In this document: positions 27,571 through 41,384 of the stretch, in pieces
How the letters are laid out: each line of letters opens with the position of its first letter
How positions within the stretch are numbered: position 1 is the stretch's first letter
Assembly (NCBI RefSeq): GCF_006345805.1
Contig: NC_043009.1
Span: 31,682,001-31,746,000, forward strand
Direction of reading: 5' to 3'
DNA from: Octopus sinensis
Lineage: Eukaryota
Length of the DNA: 64,000 bases
Made by a program: the position numbers and the translations under genes
The notes under the pieces: model-generated
Databases searched by the model: none
Seen by the model: only the letters and a program-made list of their open reading frames with translations
Told to the model about the DNA's origin: nothing

Positions 27571-30500
27571 AAGAGATTTATTGAAAGATAATTACTGTAA
27601 CAAAAAGGAAAAAAGCTGAAATTGTCAGATGTCAAAGTTGATAGAAGAAAAATTTGGATTCAATCTTTGCCTGCAAATAATTAATGACTTTGATGGATGT
27701 GTTCCCTGTTAATTACTTAAACGAATCTGTAAAAATATCAGCTGATTGGATCAAGTAACTGGTTCATATTTCAAAACTCCCAGACTATCAACCGATCCCT
27801 GGTTACAAGCAATCTTCTGTTAAGATGAAACATTTCATAATTAAGTTTTATTCTAGTAAATTGTATTTTGCTACATGTTAATTTTAATTGTTCAAAAAAA
27901 AAAAATTACCCAATCAAAAAAAAAACCATGATTTTAGAGCAAAATTTATTTAAATTTTTAAAAATCCTTAAATTTGCCATAATGACTCACAGAGATTCCA
28001 TTTATTTATTTCTCTTCCAAATGGGGGTTTAACCATTATTTTTTTGTCCTGACCCAGGATTGGATAAATAAATTAAGATTGTTTAGTTTTCTGGTCTGCC
28101 ATGATTAACAAGTAAATTAGTGATACTTAGTCTAATATTCAATTATTCCTAATATTAATTGCAGCAGAACCTCTATAGGTCCACTACATTTGCTAGAAAT
28201 GGCAGTGGGTATTTCTCTCTCTCTCTCTCTCACTAACATTATAATTTCTTTTTCATCTTCAAAAAAGATTATTTTCAAACAAGCATTTTCCTTTAATTAT
28301 AAATTTGAGATATCAATGAAACCGGCAAAATATATATTTGTGCCCATTTTGCCAGAAATAACAGTGAAGTCTTCTTCAATCTAAAACTATGATGTTGCTG
28401 CTGATGAGGGTGGTGGCTGTGGAGGTGGTGATGAACCTGATGATAATAGAAGTGGTTGGGATGCTGTTGTTGTTTTGCTGACTTCTGCTGCTAACGATGA
28501 AGATGATGATGCTGATGAGGAGGAGGAGGATTGGGGGAGGGCGAGGGGGAGGCAGAGGATGTTTGATGATGATGATGACGATGATGAGAATGATAAAGAT
28601 GGCGATCATGAAGATGATGATGATGATGATGATGATAATGACAACACTGATGATGACAATGATGACGATGGCAATGATAATGACAATGATATTGATGATG
28701 ATGATGATGATGATGTTGATTCTTTTATTCTTTTATTTGTTTCAGTAATTTGACTGTGGCTATGCTGGAGCACTGCCTTTAGTCAAGCAAATCGACCCCC
28801 AGGACTTAGTCCTTGTAAGCCCAGTACTCATTCTTTTGGTCTCTCTTGCTAAACTGCTAAGTGATGGGGATGTAAACACACCAGCATCGGTTGTCAAGCA
28901 ATGTTGGGGGGACAAACACAGACACACAAACATATACATGCATATATATATACCACCAGCTTCTTTCAGTTTCCATCTAACAAATCCACTCACAAGGTTT
29001 TGGTTGGCCTGAGGCTATAGTAGAAGACACTTGCAGTAGGACTGAACTTGGAACAATGTAATTGGTAAGCAAGCTTCTTACCACACAGCCACGATGATGA
29101 TGATGATGATGATGAAGATGTTGATGATGATGATGACGACGACGATGATGACGATGACGATGATGATGATGATGTTAATGATGATGACGATAATGACGAT
29201 GATGATGACATCGATGATGATGATGAAAGAAATCGTGAAGATGACAAGTTCTTCAACTTTTGCTGATACAATTTCTGATACTCCAAACAAAACACACAAA
29301 GAAAAAACACACTGCAAAGTTATTCATTTTTAAATAGGTGCCAACACTTTTGCATTTACTGCAAATTGTCAGCCGTGGATTTGATTACCTTAAAAATTAA
29401 TCAAGATTATTTTCAATTATCTTCGCTTTCAATTTTTTCAAATCTTATTTGTTTTCCCCCGTTGTCATAGCATTTAATACAAATCCGTGATTACTGACGT
29501 CTCGTAGAAAGAATTGTTTTCTAAACATGTATTTTATACATACAGTCTCTGGCAAAAATATAACCGATTGTTGATGACAATAAACAACAAGAGTAAAAGA
29601 CGATATGATATTCTGAATTCTAGGAGTTCTTCAGAGAAACAAATAAATCAACACTGCTTAACAAAAACCTTCACAGTAACATATACACATGGTGGCCCAA
29701 AAGTAGTTTTACAGTTATTCAACTATCTCTTTCATATTCATATATTAACAGTTTAGATCTTAATTAAGAAAAAATATGAAGCCATTATTCCATGCTAATT
29801 TAGTTAATTTTATCAAGGTCCCTTTTCAGTTTGGAAGATAGAAATTTAAATGTAATACAATGTTTTAAAAGAAATTTAAAGTGCCTGCATGATAACTGTA
29901 AACCTACTTTTGGGCCATATATATATATATATATGTATGTATGTATATATATAGGCACAGATATGGCTGTGTGGTAAGAGGTTTCAGTCATAACCACATG
30001 GTTCTAGGATCAATTCCACTGTATGGCACCTTGGGCAAATGTATTCTACTATAGCTTTGAGCCAACAAAAAACTTGTGAGCGGATTTGGTAGATGGAAAC
30101 TGAAGGAAGCCCATCGTATGTGTGTGTGCATGTGTACGTGTGTGTGCATGTGTGTGTGCGTATGTGCGTACCTCACCCCCACCAGTTGACAACTAGTGTT
30201 GTTTTGTTTATGTCCTTGTAACATAGCAGTTTGGCAAAAAATGAGTGATAGAATAAGTACCAGGCTTTAAAGAACAAGGTGGTGACCCTTGTTGGCCTAG
30301 ACCCTACAAGGTGGTGTCCCAGCATGGCCACAGTCCAATGACTGAAGCAAGTCAATGATGAAAAATAAGACATACATTTAGATGCCAGCATGGTTGTATG
30401 CTAAGAAGTTATTTTCCCAGCCACACAGTCCCAAGTTCAATCCCACTGCTTGGCAGTGCCATGGGCAGGTCTCTTCTACCAAAGTTCTGGGTTGGCCAAA

Positions 30501-33500
30501 GCCTTGTGAGTGGATTTTTAGACAGCAACTAAAACAAACCTGTTGTGTGCGTATACGTGTATGTGTGTGTGTTGTGTGTGCATGTGTGCGCGCATGTGTG
30601 CTTTTGATTTTGTGCTTGTGTTTGTCCCAACACCACCAACACCACTACCACTATCACTGCTTGACAATTATTGTGGCTTTCTTACAACCCCACACACTAG
30701 TAGTTCAACAAAAGAGACCGATAGAATAAGTATGAAACTTAAAATGAATGCTGGAGTCAATTTGCTGAGTTAAAAGCCCTTTGAGATGGTGCCCCAGCAT
30801 GGCTGCACTCCAATGATTGAAGCAAGCAAAAAAATAAAAATATATTATACGTTCAGTCGCTTGTAAAAGTATAAAAGTTTGTAGATGAAAATGAATTAGA
30901 GTTTGTTGATTTATGATGACGAGTATATAAAAACTTATATTCTGGAAATAAGTCTCCCTTTGGAGAAATAAATATATACAGAGACAAATGTAGGAGCCGT
31001 TGTTATTAAGTAAATATGGTTTCTAGACATAAATATTATACATAGAGGCCCTGGCAAATGAATGAAAGAGTAGAGGAAGAAGATATTGTATTGATTTGCC
31101 ATGATGAGTAAAGAGAAAACATGATGTTCTGGACGCTTGTGGTTCTGCAGAAGAGAAGGAATAAAATAAATGCTGAGACCCAAATTGGTAAAAGTGTATA
31201 GTTTTTATTCTATTTAGGTTTTTGTGTGCAACATATTTGCTTCTATATTTTCGGGCTCTGAAGAAGAATGGTTCTTCAAAGCATAGTATTTTCCTCTTCT
31301 CATTATAAATTAATCACACCTTAATTTAAATTTTATTTATGAAGTTTCATAGATTCAATCCATGGATTAACTTTTGTGGATTAATATTTGAGGATTTGCT
31401 TCTGCTAAAGCAAAGTATCACTGCACCTCATGGATTCTGGATTATATTGAACTGCAAATCCATATTTCCATTGTAACATTCTTGTATGTAATTGGTGCAA
31501 GTATTGCTGTATGTAGCAACAGGCATCAATGTGAAGTGGTTGGGATGCTGTAAGTGAGATAAGTCTAAGTGGGAGTATGTGTAGTTTGTGATGAAGACAA
31601 ATAGTGTGAGCAACAGAGCCTCTTATTGTGGATAAGTAATGTTGTTGATATTCCTTTTATTTCTGTATATATACAGATTAAGTGTTACCAAGTGAGTAAA
31701 ATGTTCTTTGTAGTAAAGATTGTTTGCCAAAAGCATGGCAGTACTGGTTTAGGACGAATGTTGTTGTAATTTAGCCCCAATCTTTACTGAAAAATACTGT
31801 TGCTGAATATCTCTCGTTGTGAGATTTCAAAAAACATAGTAATTTTCTAATTTATAGATCGGTGACTTTGAAAACAATATATTTCAAACAGGAATTTGGC
31901 AGCACCACCTCTAGCCGAACAATTATTCTGTGAAGAGAAATAACCCAGAAATTGCGATACACAGATATTGTTTTGACCTGAGTGGGGGTGCTAGATTCCG
32001 TTGTTCGAAAATATAAGAACACAGATCGTGTCATATAGCCAGCTGGAGATGATGTCTCCTGAGGCTAAATTACAGCAACATTCTTCCTAAACCAGGACTG
32101 CCATGTTATGTTGGCAAACAATCTTTACTCTAAAGTACTGTTGCTGAATATCTCTTATTGTGAGATTTAAAAATAGTAATTTTCTAAAATATTCTTTGCT
32201 GAGGAGTTCTAATAAGACTGAAACATATATGGTCTTTTGCCAGTTGGCTTGGAAGATCAGATCCACTCCAATCTACATCATCAATATTGTCCCACTATGT
32301 CAATCAATTGATCTTACAAGAGTTATTTTCCTTCTTTATAATAATTCTGCTTTAAATATCCCTAGAGGGTTTACTTCAAACACTGACTGCATAAATCATT
32401 TCAATTAAATATTTTTAAATTCTGTGTACTATATAGAAGACACCCTACTTTGTAGACCCTTCTATATTGACCCTAGAATGACAAAATACAAGTCAGCCTT
32501 AGCAGGATTTCACTGAAATACTGGACTGCATTCTGCCAATCTTTCTGATAATTCTGCCAATTCCACTTTCCTTATATGACCAAAAATTAACCAAAATCTT
32601 GATGACTGGGAACTTATGTTTTGGTATTTTCAAAGTGTTGTAAGAGCATGAGACCAAACAAGGCACAAAAAAAAAAAATCAAAATGAGTGGTTCATGGGA
32701 ACTGAACGCACATCAATTTGTATGACTTATCGAAGAAACACCTACAAGATACAGGTTCAATTCTTGTTAAGTTAATTATTTTTTACATATTTTTATTTCC
32801 ATATATAACATATTTTTTTTTACCTTATATCTACTTTTACACCATATATTCTGTCTGTTTGTCCAAACACAGAAGAGAAAAAAAAAAACTCACTTAAAAA
32901 TGGGAAAAATATATTATGTAAAATTATTGATTTATTTTCATAGCAAATGTTTTAACTTTATCTCCTTTGAAATTCTTCGAAAAATATTTTTTTCTTTAAT
33001 ATGATAGCCATTTGTTATGTTTCTAATTACTCTCATTGCTTTTCTCAAGAATTTACCAATTTCTTAAGTACATAACAACAAGAACAAAAACATTATGAAG
33101 AAAATGTGATAAAATTCACTCCAAAATATTTGTGTAGTTTTTGTCTAGAAAGTTCTGTTGTTTTATTTTTCTTTATATATTTTTCTTTGGCCTTTATTAT
33201 TAAATTGTTTTAAGGTACATCAATCATTAGCTGCATTCAAAAAGAAATTAGGCAATTTTTTCTCAATAAAACAAAAAGCAAAAAAATTCAAAATTAAAAT
33301 TAAAAAAAAAACTATTAGTATAACACTTGAAATGTGTGAAAGGCAGTTATTAATTAAAATAGATTAGAAATTCAAATAACAAAACTATTTATATAATATA
33401 TATGTAGATAAGTATCTGTGTATATATGTATATATACAAATATATATATATGTGTGAGTGTGTGTGTATGTATATATATATGTGTGTATATATATAGATA

Positions 33501-34224
33501 TGTGTGAGTATATATATATATATATATATATTTATATACACACACACACACATGTTCATATCTATATGCAAAAGTATACATACACACACGGACATTTAAT
33601 TTATGCTGGGGTATTATTGAAGTATATGTATAATTATGTACATACAGACATAATTATACATTGTTGCGTATGTCTCTCTGTGAGTGAATATATAAATAAA
33701 AAAATATATATATATACATGTATCCCCTTCTCATCATCAACATCATCATTATCATCATCATCATCATTATCATCATCATTATCATCATTATCAGTTTACC
33801 TTTGTTATTCCATGCAGGCATTTTAGATAGGTTTGGGGTAGGTAATCCAAACACTCCATACTGTGTTACATAATTCTCCTTTCAAACTATGATTCTACAC
33901 AAACCATTACTCAACATCTCTTTCCTTTTTGGCAAATGAACATCCCTTATTTTCCTTTTCCTTCGCCTCTTCTTACGCCATTGATTTTTTTTTGATGTTG
34001 CATTACAATGCTAGTTTCTAAAATTAAAGATACTTCATTCTGCTGCCGTACTTAGCTTTAACAATACCTTAAATACAATCTCGCTAATTTAGCATATTTT
34101 CACAAAATTGTTTCACAAAATACTGAGAAATTTCAGTTAGTCTGCTAATGTTGTTTCATTAAGAATTCTTGTATCTAACAATTCACCACAAGGTTCAAGA
34201 CAAACTTTATAAAAGTAATCAATC

Positions 34225-34261
<37 letters not shown>

Positions 34262-34286
34262 TAATAATAATAATATTGATAATAAA

Positions 34287-34344
<58 letters not shown>

Positions 34345-34654
34345 TTGATAATAAAAATAATAATAATAATAACTACATGAGCAACGGTAATAAAAATAAT
34401 GATGATGACAATAATGATAATAAAAATGATAATAATAATAACTACATGAGCAACGGTAATAAAAATAATGATAATGACGATAATGATAATAAAAATGATA
34501 ATAATAACAATAACTAACAATAAGAACAGTTAGAATAGTAGTAATAATAATAATGATGATGACGATAATGATAATGAAAATGATAATAATAACTATAACT
34601 AACAATAAGAACAGTTAGAATAGTAGTAATAATAATAATGATGACGACGACGAC

Positions 34655-34712
<58 letters not shown>

Positions 34713-35162
34713 ATGGTGGTGGTGGTGATTATGATGATGGTGATGATGATGATGATGATGATGATAGTAATAACAGTAATAATAACAATAACAACAACAA
34801 AAATAATAATAATCCTTTCTGCTATAGGCACAAGGCCTGAAATTTAGGGGAGGGGGATAATCGATTATATCAACTCCCCGTACTGACCTGGTACTTATTT
34901 TATCCCCGCCACAAGGATGAAAGGCAAAGTCAGCCTCCAAGGGGATTTGAACTTAGAGCATAAAGAGCCAGAAGAAATGCAACATGTGGCCTTAGTAACA
35001 ATAACAATGATGATGATGTTGATGATGATGACGACAACAGCAAAACAGTAATAATAATAATAATAATAATTGTTTGTAACTTAGGCACAAGGCCAACAGT
35101 TTCTTTTGGATGGGGAATAATTGATATGATCAACCCCAAGACTTGATTAATACACTATCTTT

Positions 35163-35441
35163 ATATATACTACTAGCAGTATCACCCAGCGTTGCTCAGG
35201 TTTGTAAGGGAAATAACTATATAAGCATTTTTAGAGAGTTACTTCCCTTATATGATAGCAAAAAAATGCATTAAAAATGGGAAAAAATTATGGTAAATTT
35301 TTTTTTAAATCGTAGACGCGTGCTAATACCCAGAAGAGCTCAATATGAATCACGACTATAAGATACCCGCAAAATGTGGGAGTAGTTAGGAATCTAAATC
35401 GAAAGAGACAGACACACAACTTCACTTTTATATATAAAGAT
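35163..35441 (+). mobile_element. Helentron-associated non-autonomous element (HINE / DINE-1-like)
   Basis: The 5' end TACTAGCAGTATCACCCAGCGTTGCTCAGG (decayed CCCGGC...CGGG stem) and 3' end ACAGACACAC...CTTTTATATATAAAGAT match the typical HINE layout. Confidence 0.6.
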
Positions 35442-35637
35442 TATCATATACTATTATCACCGTGCCGGTGGCATGTAAATAGCACCCACTACACTCTCGG
35501 AGTGGTTGGCATTAAGAAGGGCATCCAGCTGTAGAAACTCTGCCAAATCAAGATTGGAGCCTGGTGCAGCCATCTGGTTTGCCAGCCCTCAGTCAAAATC
35601 GTCCAACCCATGCTAGCCTGGAAAGTGGACGTTAAAC

Positions 35638-35691
<54 letters not shown>

Positions 35692-35713
35692 CATTATATA
35701 TAATGTATATATA

Positions 35714-35746
<33 letters not shown>

Positions 35747-36444
35747 AAGATGGATGGATAAGTGGATGGTTGGATGGATTGTTGAATACATGGATGAAGA
35801 GGTGGAAAGAAACCCATATATATTCACATTGTTTTAGAAACTATTGTATTAGCTTAATGTTTAAAAGGGAGGCAAAGATGCATAACATTTCGGATGTTAG
35901 TCCTTCATCAATTTAAAAAGAAAAGCATAAGGGGAATGAGAGTAAGGAAATATCTGTGAGAAAGGAGAAGGGGTTAGGAACCAGGTGGGAATACAGTTAT
36001 ATTGGTAGATTTACGAAAAGAGGAATGAACATGCATTTTCAAGCATAAGGGTGTATATATGTTTGGGGATGGCCATATGGAGGTGTGCTGAGTGTAATTT
36101 TTGGGGGACAGGGTGCATTTGTGAGTGGATATATCCAAGTGTTGAAGGACAGTGACATGGGTTAATAGGGGTGTGAGGGTGTGTAATTGTGAAATCTGTA
36201 TGAAGAAAAGGTAGATGTAAACAGATGGGAGCAGAAATGAGTGCAAGACAAAAGAGAAAGGTGAGAGGAACATGGTTGGAGAGATGGGACTATGTTCAAA
36301 TGTATAGATGTGAGGCTCTGTTACATGGAAGGCAGGAGTATTGATTGAAGAAGTGAAAGTGAGGGAAAATGTGTGGCTTCATGGAGGAAGGAGAAGTCAG
36401 AGAAAAATAAGAGGAAAATTAATTACAAAACAACACTGGCAAGA

Positions 36445-36481
<37 letters not shown>

Positions 36482-36858
36482 GGAGAGAGAGAAGGAGAGA
36501 GAAGCATTATAAATTCAGTGAGAGAAGAAAAATTACTTAAAAATTATGCAACATTGGTTGAAAGTCCTGGTACATTACATGCATGGGTTAAAAGACAGGA
36601 AAGAGAATCCTAAGTGTGGTGAGGAACTGGTGAAAGAAACTGAGCTGGGTGTGGCACAAAGAAAATCAAGAAGAATGTGATAGATGTGTGTGAATGCATC
36701 AGAGCATGAAGCACTTTTACATGGAAGAAAGAAATAAGAAAGAAAAAAAAACAAAACAATAATAATTCTTTTAAAAACTGCAACTTGTAGAAAGGTCAGA
36801 GAGTCCAAGAATGCAGAAGTAATAAATTCCTTAGGGAGAAATAAGGATGACACTAGCT

Positions 36859-36861
<3 letters not shown>

Positions 36862-36894
<33 letters not shown>

Positions 36895-37920
36895 TGTATA
36901 TGTATATGTATATATACATATGTACATACTGATATGCACTCATATTACTATATACATATATAACCATATACTCATATATATACTCAAACACATAGTGACT
37001 GATAGCCACAAACATACACGTGTGCGCACACACACACACACACACACATACACACACACTATTCCATGACACACAGTCCCACAGCACACAGATACTCGTG
37101 TGAACCCAATAGAGTCAGAACCCTTCCCGCCCAAACACCAATATACACGCATCCACATCCACATAGAGACACATAAATGCACACACACACATATATAAAC
37201 ACATAAAACCAGCATTCACATACACACTCGTATTCAACACATTTACACACACACATTCAACACACATCTACTCATATATAATCCTTCACACATTCTCATG
37301 GGTCTACTTTTGTAGCAACACACATCCACCAAATTTGCATATATACACATGCATGCACACACATAAACAGCTATGCACGTACACCGCATCCTACATACAT
37401 CCACCCCTATACACACGCACGCACGTGCATATATTAGTGAGAGTAATTTAGTTTGAAAGCCAGTCACTTAAGCCAGTGCCATCTAACCATTCATAAATCA
37501 TTGTCTCAAAAACCACCTTAGACAATACTTCGCATAAGCGATCAAGCATGAACCAAGCTAAGCAGGAGAGAGAGAGAGTGGAGGGGGAGGAGGGCCATTG
37601 GGTAGGTGGGTGGGAAGGGAGGGGTGGAAGGATGGGGAGGAGAAGAAGAGGAGGAGCATAACATTAACCTTTTTTTTCTTTAACTGTTGTGTCTAATAAG
37701 TGTCCATGTTGTTGTTGTTGTTGGTGGTGGTGGTCGAAGTGATGCTGGTGGTGGAGATGGCGTTGTGTTCGAACCAGTTGAGCGGCTACTGCACTGCCAT
37801 CATCACCATCATTATCAACAACATTACAAATGGTAAGGATGATGATGATGTTGATGATGGTGGTGGTATTAGTGAGGCAGAGGAGGAGATGACAATGAGG
37901 GTGATGGTCATGTTGATGAC

Positions 37921-37960
<40 letters not shown>

Positions 37961-38228
37961 ATGATGGTTTTGAAGATAAAATGCTGGTGATGATAGTGAA
38001 GATAATGATATTCATGATGATGATGATAATGATGATAATGATAATGATAATTATAATGATCATGAAGATGTTACTGCAGATCGCAATACTGTTGCTGCCA
38101 CTACTGCTGCTGCTGCTGCTGCTACTACTGCTTGCTGCTGATGAGGAGGATTATGATGATGATAATGATTATAATGATGAAGATACTGGTGACAATAGTG
38201 ATGATGGTGATGATGATGATGATGATGT

Positions 38229-38274
<46 letters not shown>

Positions 38275-38320
38275 GGTGATGATACTAATGATGATGATGA
38301 TGATGATGAAGGTGATGATA

Positions 38321-38351
<31 letters not shown>

Positions 38352-38410
38352 CGGTAATGGTGATGATGTAGTTATTTTTGTAATGGTAGCAGTGGTGGTG
38401 ATGACTGTGG

Positions 38411-38451
<41 letters not shown>

Positions 38452-38637
38452 TGATGATGATGATGATGGTGATAATGATGATGCTGATGATGATACCTTT
38501 GCTATCATGAATATAAATATTACTATTTTCTCATTTGTCGGTCAGTTTTCAGGTTTCCCTAATTCAACCTACTACAGACAGTCTCAAGTTAGAACAAATT
38601 ATTTTGAATATCTATCTTTGTATGTGTGTGTGTGTAA

Positions 38638-38670
<33 letters not shown>

Positions 38671-39714
38671 ATATAAATATGTATATGTATATGTATATAT
38701 ACATATGTACATACTGATATGCACTCATATTACTATATACATATATAACCATATACTCATATATATACTCAAACACATAGTGACTGATAGCCACAAACAT
38801 ACACGTGTGCGCACACACACACACACACACACATACACACACACTATTCCATGACACACAGTCCCACAGCACACAGATACTCGTGTGAACCCAATAGAGT
38901 CAGAAGCCCTTCCTGCCCAAACACCAATATACACGCATCCACATCCACATAGAGACACATAAATGCACACACACACATACACACATATATAAACACATAA
39001 AACCAGCATTCACATACACACTCGTATTCAATACATTTACACACACACATTCAACACACATCTACTCATATATAATCCTTCACACATTCTCATGGGTCTA
39101 CTTTTGTAGCAACACACATCCACCAAATTTGCATATATACACATGCATGCACACACATAAACAGCTATGCACGTACACCGCATCCTACATACATCCACCC
39201 CTATACACACGCACGCACGTGCATATATTAGTGAGAGTAATTTAGTTTGAAAGCCAGTCACTTAAGCCAGTGCCATCTAACCATTCATAAATCATTGTCT
39301 CAAAAACCACCTTAGACAATACTTCGCATAAGCGATCAAGCATGAACCAAGCTAAGCAGGAGAGAGAGAGAGTGGAGGGGGAGGAGGGCCATTGGGTAGG
39401 TGGGTGGGAAGGGAGGGGTGGAAGGATGGGGAGGAGAAGAAGAGGAGGAGCATAACATTAACCTTTTTTTTCTTTAACTGTTGTGTCTAATAAGTGTCCA
39501 TGTTGTTGTTGTTGTTGGTGGTGGTGGTCGAAGTGATGCTGGTGGTGGAGATGGCGTTGTGTTCGAACCAGTTGAGCGGCTACTGCACTGCCATCATCAC
39601 CATCATTATCAACAACATTACAAATGGTAAGGATGATGATGATGTTGATGATGGTGGTGGTATTAGTGAGGCAGAGGAGGAGATGACAATGAGGGTGATG
39701 GTCATGTTGATGAC

Positions 39715-39754
<40 letters not shown>

Positions 39755-40022
39755 ATGATGGTTTTGAAGATAAAATGCTGGTGATGATAGTGAAGATAAT
39801 GATATTCATGATGATGATGATAATGATGATAATGATAATGATAATTATAATGATCATGAAGATGTTACTGCAGATCGCAATACTGTTGCTGCCACTACTG
39901 CTGCTGCTGCTGCTGCTACTACTGCTTGCTGCTGATGAGGAGGATTATGATGATGATAATGATTATAATGATGAAGATACTGGTGACAATAGTGATGATG
40001 GTGATGATGATGATGATGATGT

Positions 40023-40069
<47 letters not shown>

Positions 40070-40119
40070 TGATGATGATGATGATAATGATGATGATGAT
40101 GATGATGAAGGTGATGATA

Positions 40120-40153
<34 letters not shown>

Positions 40154-40212
40154 CGGTAATGGTGATGATGTAGTTATTTTTGTAATGGTAGCAGTGGTGG
40201 TGATGACTGTGG

Positions 40213-40250
<38 letters not shown>

Positions 40251-40428
40251 GCTATAACGATGGGGATAATGATGATGCTGATGATGATACCTTTGCTATC
40301 ATGAATATAAATATTACTATTTTCTCATTTGTCGGTCAGTTTTCAGGTTTCCCTAATTCAACCTACTACAGACAGTCTCAAGTTAGAACAAATTATTTTG
40401 AATATCTATCTTTGTATGTGTGTGTGTG

Positions 40429-40455
<27 letters not shown>
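36862..40455. repeat. Tandem duplication of a ~1.79 kb unit bounded by (TA)n tracts
   Basis: Near-identical sequence at an offset of 1785-1794 (e.g. 37243/39037, 37700/39494, 38507/40301). (TA)n lies at about 36862, 38640 and 40435. The copies differ by a few SNPs and by microsatellite structure. Confidence 0.95.
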
Positions 40456-40477
<22 letters not shown>

Positions 40478-40509
40478 AGATACAGATATACAGCAAAATT
40501 TTATATCTT

Positions 40510-41010
40510 AGACATAGTTACCCAAGGTTTCACTTCCACAAAGCCAAAGCCTTGTGGTCAGCTCGCCAGACTCTCTACAAAAACCAAAATTTTTAATTTC
40601 CTACGTTGTGGATGTGAGGAAATGTTCAGAAATCAAGAAATACAATCTTAACAAAAAACGCTAATAAGGACGGGTCATCTCCCCTGAAGCAGAGGCAAAA
40701 ACAACCCGAAGAAGTTTAACCAGTAAACGGGGAGATCCAATTTTCCAGTAAGTAGCACTTGAAGTGGACACATTTAGAAAAGACTTCTTTGCGACTATTT
40801 AACATGCCAGGTTTCATACAGTCCTTAAGAATTTTGGCTCTCCCCGTGATGCAGATCTTGCAACAGCCACTTCCACTAATATATGGGCCCAGATGATCAA
40901 GTAATTTCTACCTGATATCACACAGGGTCTCTTCATCTTTGAGGTGCCACATATGGCAGGCCAAGAACCTGACAAGCTGTCTTTCTGGGACTCTGAAGGA
41001 AGACTGGCAG
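40510..41010 (-). mobile_element. Penelope-like GIY-YIG C-terminal remnant
   Basis: Minus frame reads SSFRVP...LACHMWHLKDEETLCDIR*KLLDHLGPYISGSGCCKICITGRAKIL...MLNSRKEVFSKCVH, matching the PLE pattern WxLK...IxWK...CxLC...LNxRxE...KCxH. Confidence 0.7.
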
Positions 41011-41384
41011 TTAAGAATATGTCACTTCAAAGAAGTATATGTATATTAAGTATATATAGTCCCACTGATGCCCACATGGGAGGCAGATGTCAAATGATGA
41101 TGATGATGATGATATGTATATACATTTATATATACAATAACTATAAAATAATACATCCTAACAATAATATATATATATACTCTGATTTAAAGCAACATTT
41201 TTTATGTAAACAATTGACTGAAAAATGATGAGCTAACCCAGTCCAGAATCAAACCCACATATCAACACTAACATGGCTCTATCTCCATAACCTACAAAGC
41301 CTTTGGGTTTGTTTACAAATATCATATATAATATATTTATGTATACATATATATGTGTGGGTGGGGTGCAAACAACTTGCACAT

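Noticed and set aside
31265-31300. CTGAAGA-containing hairpin resembling a hammerhead
   Set aside because: The GAA-ACGU segment cannot be matched convincingly.
34225-34640. CRISPR-like repeat/spacer pattern
   Set aside because: The context is a eukaryotic microsatellite, with no constant repeat, no unique spacers and no cas genes.
35883-35914. Third hammerhead-like motif on the minus strand (TTGATGA-AGGA...TCC-GAA-ATGT-T)
   Set aside because: The core C and the stem III C are mutated and stem I does not pair, so it is at most a dead relic.
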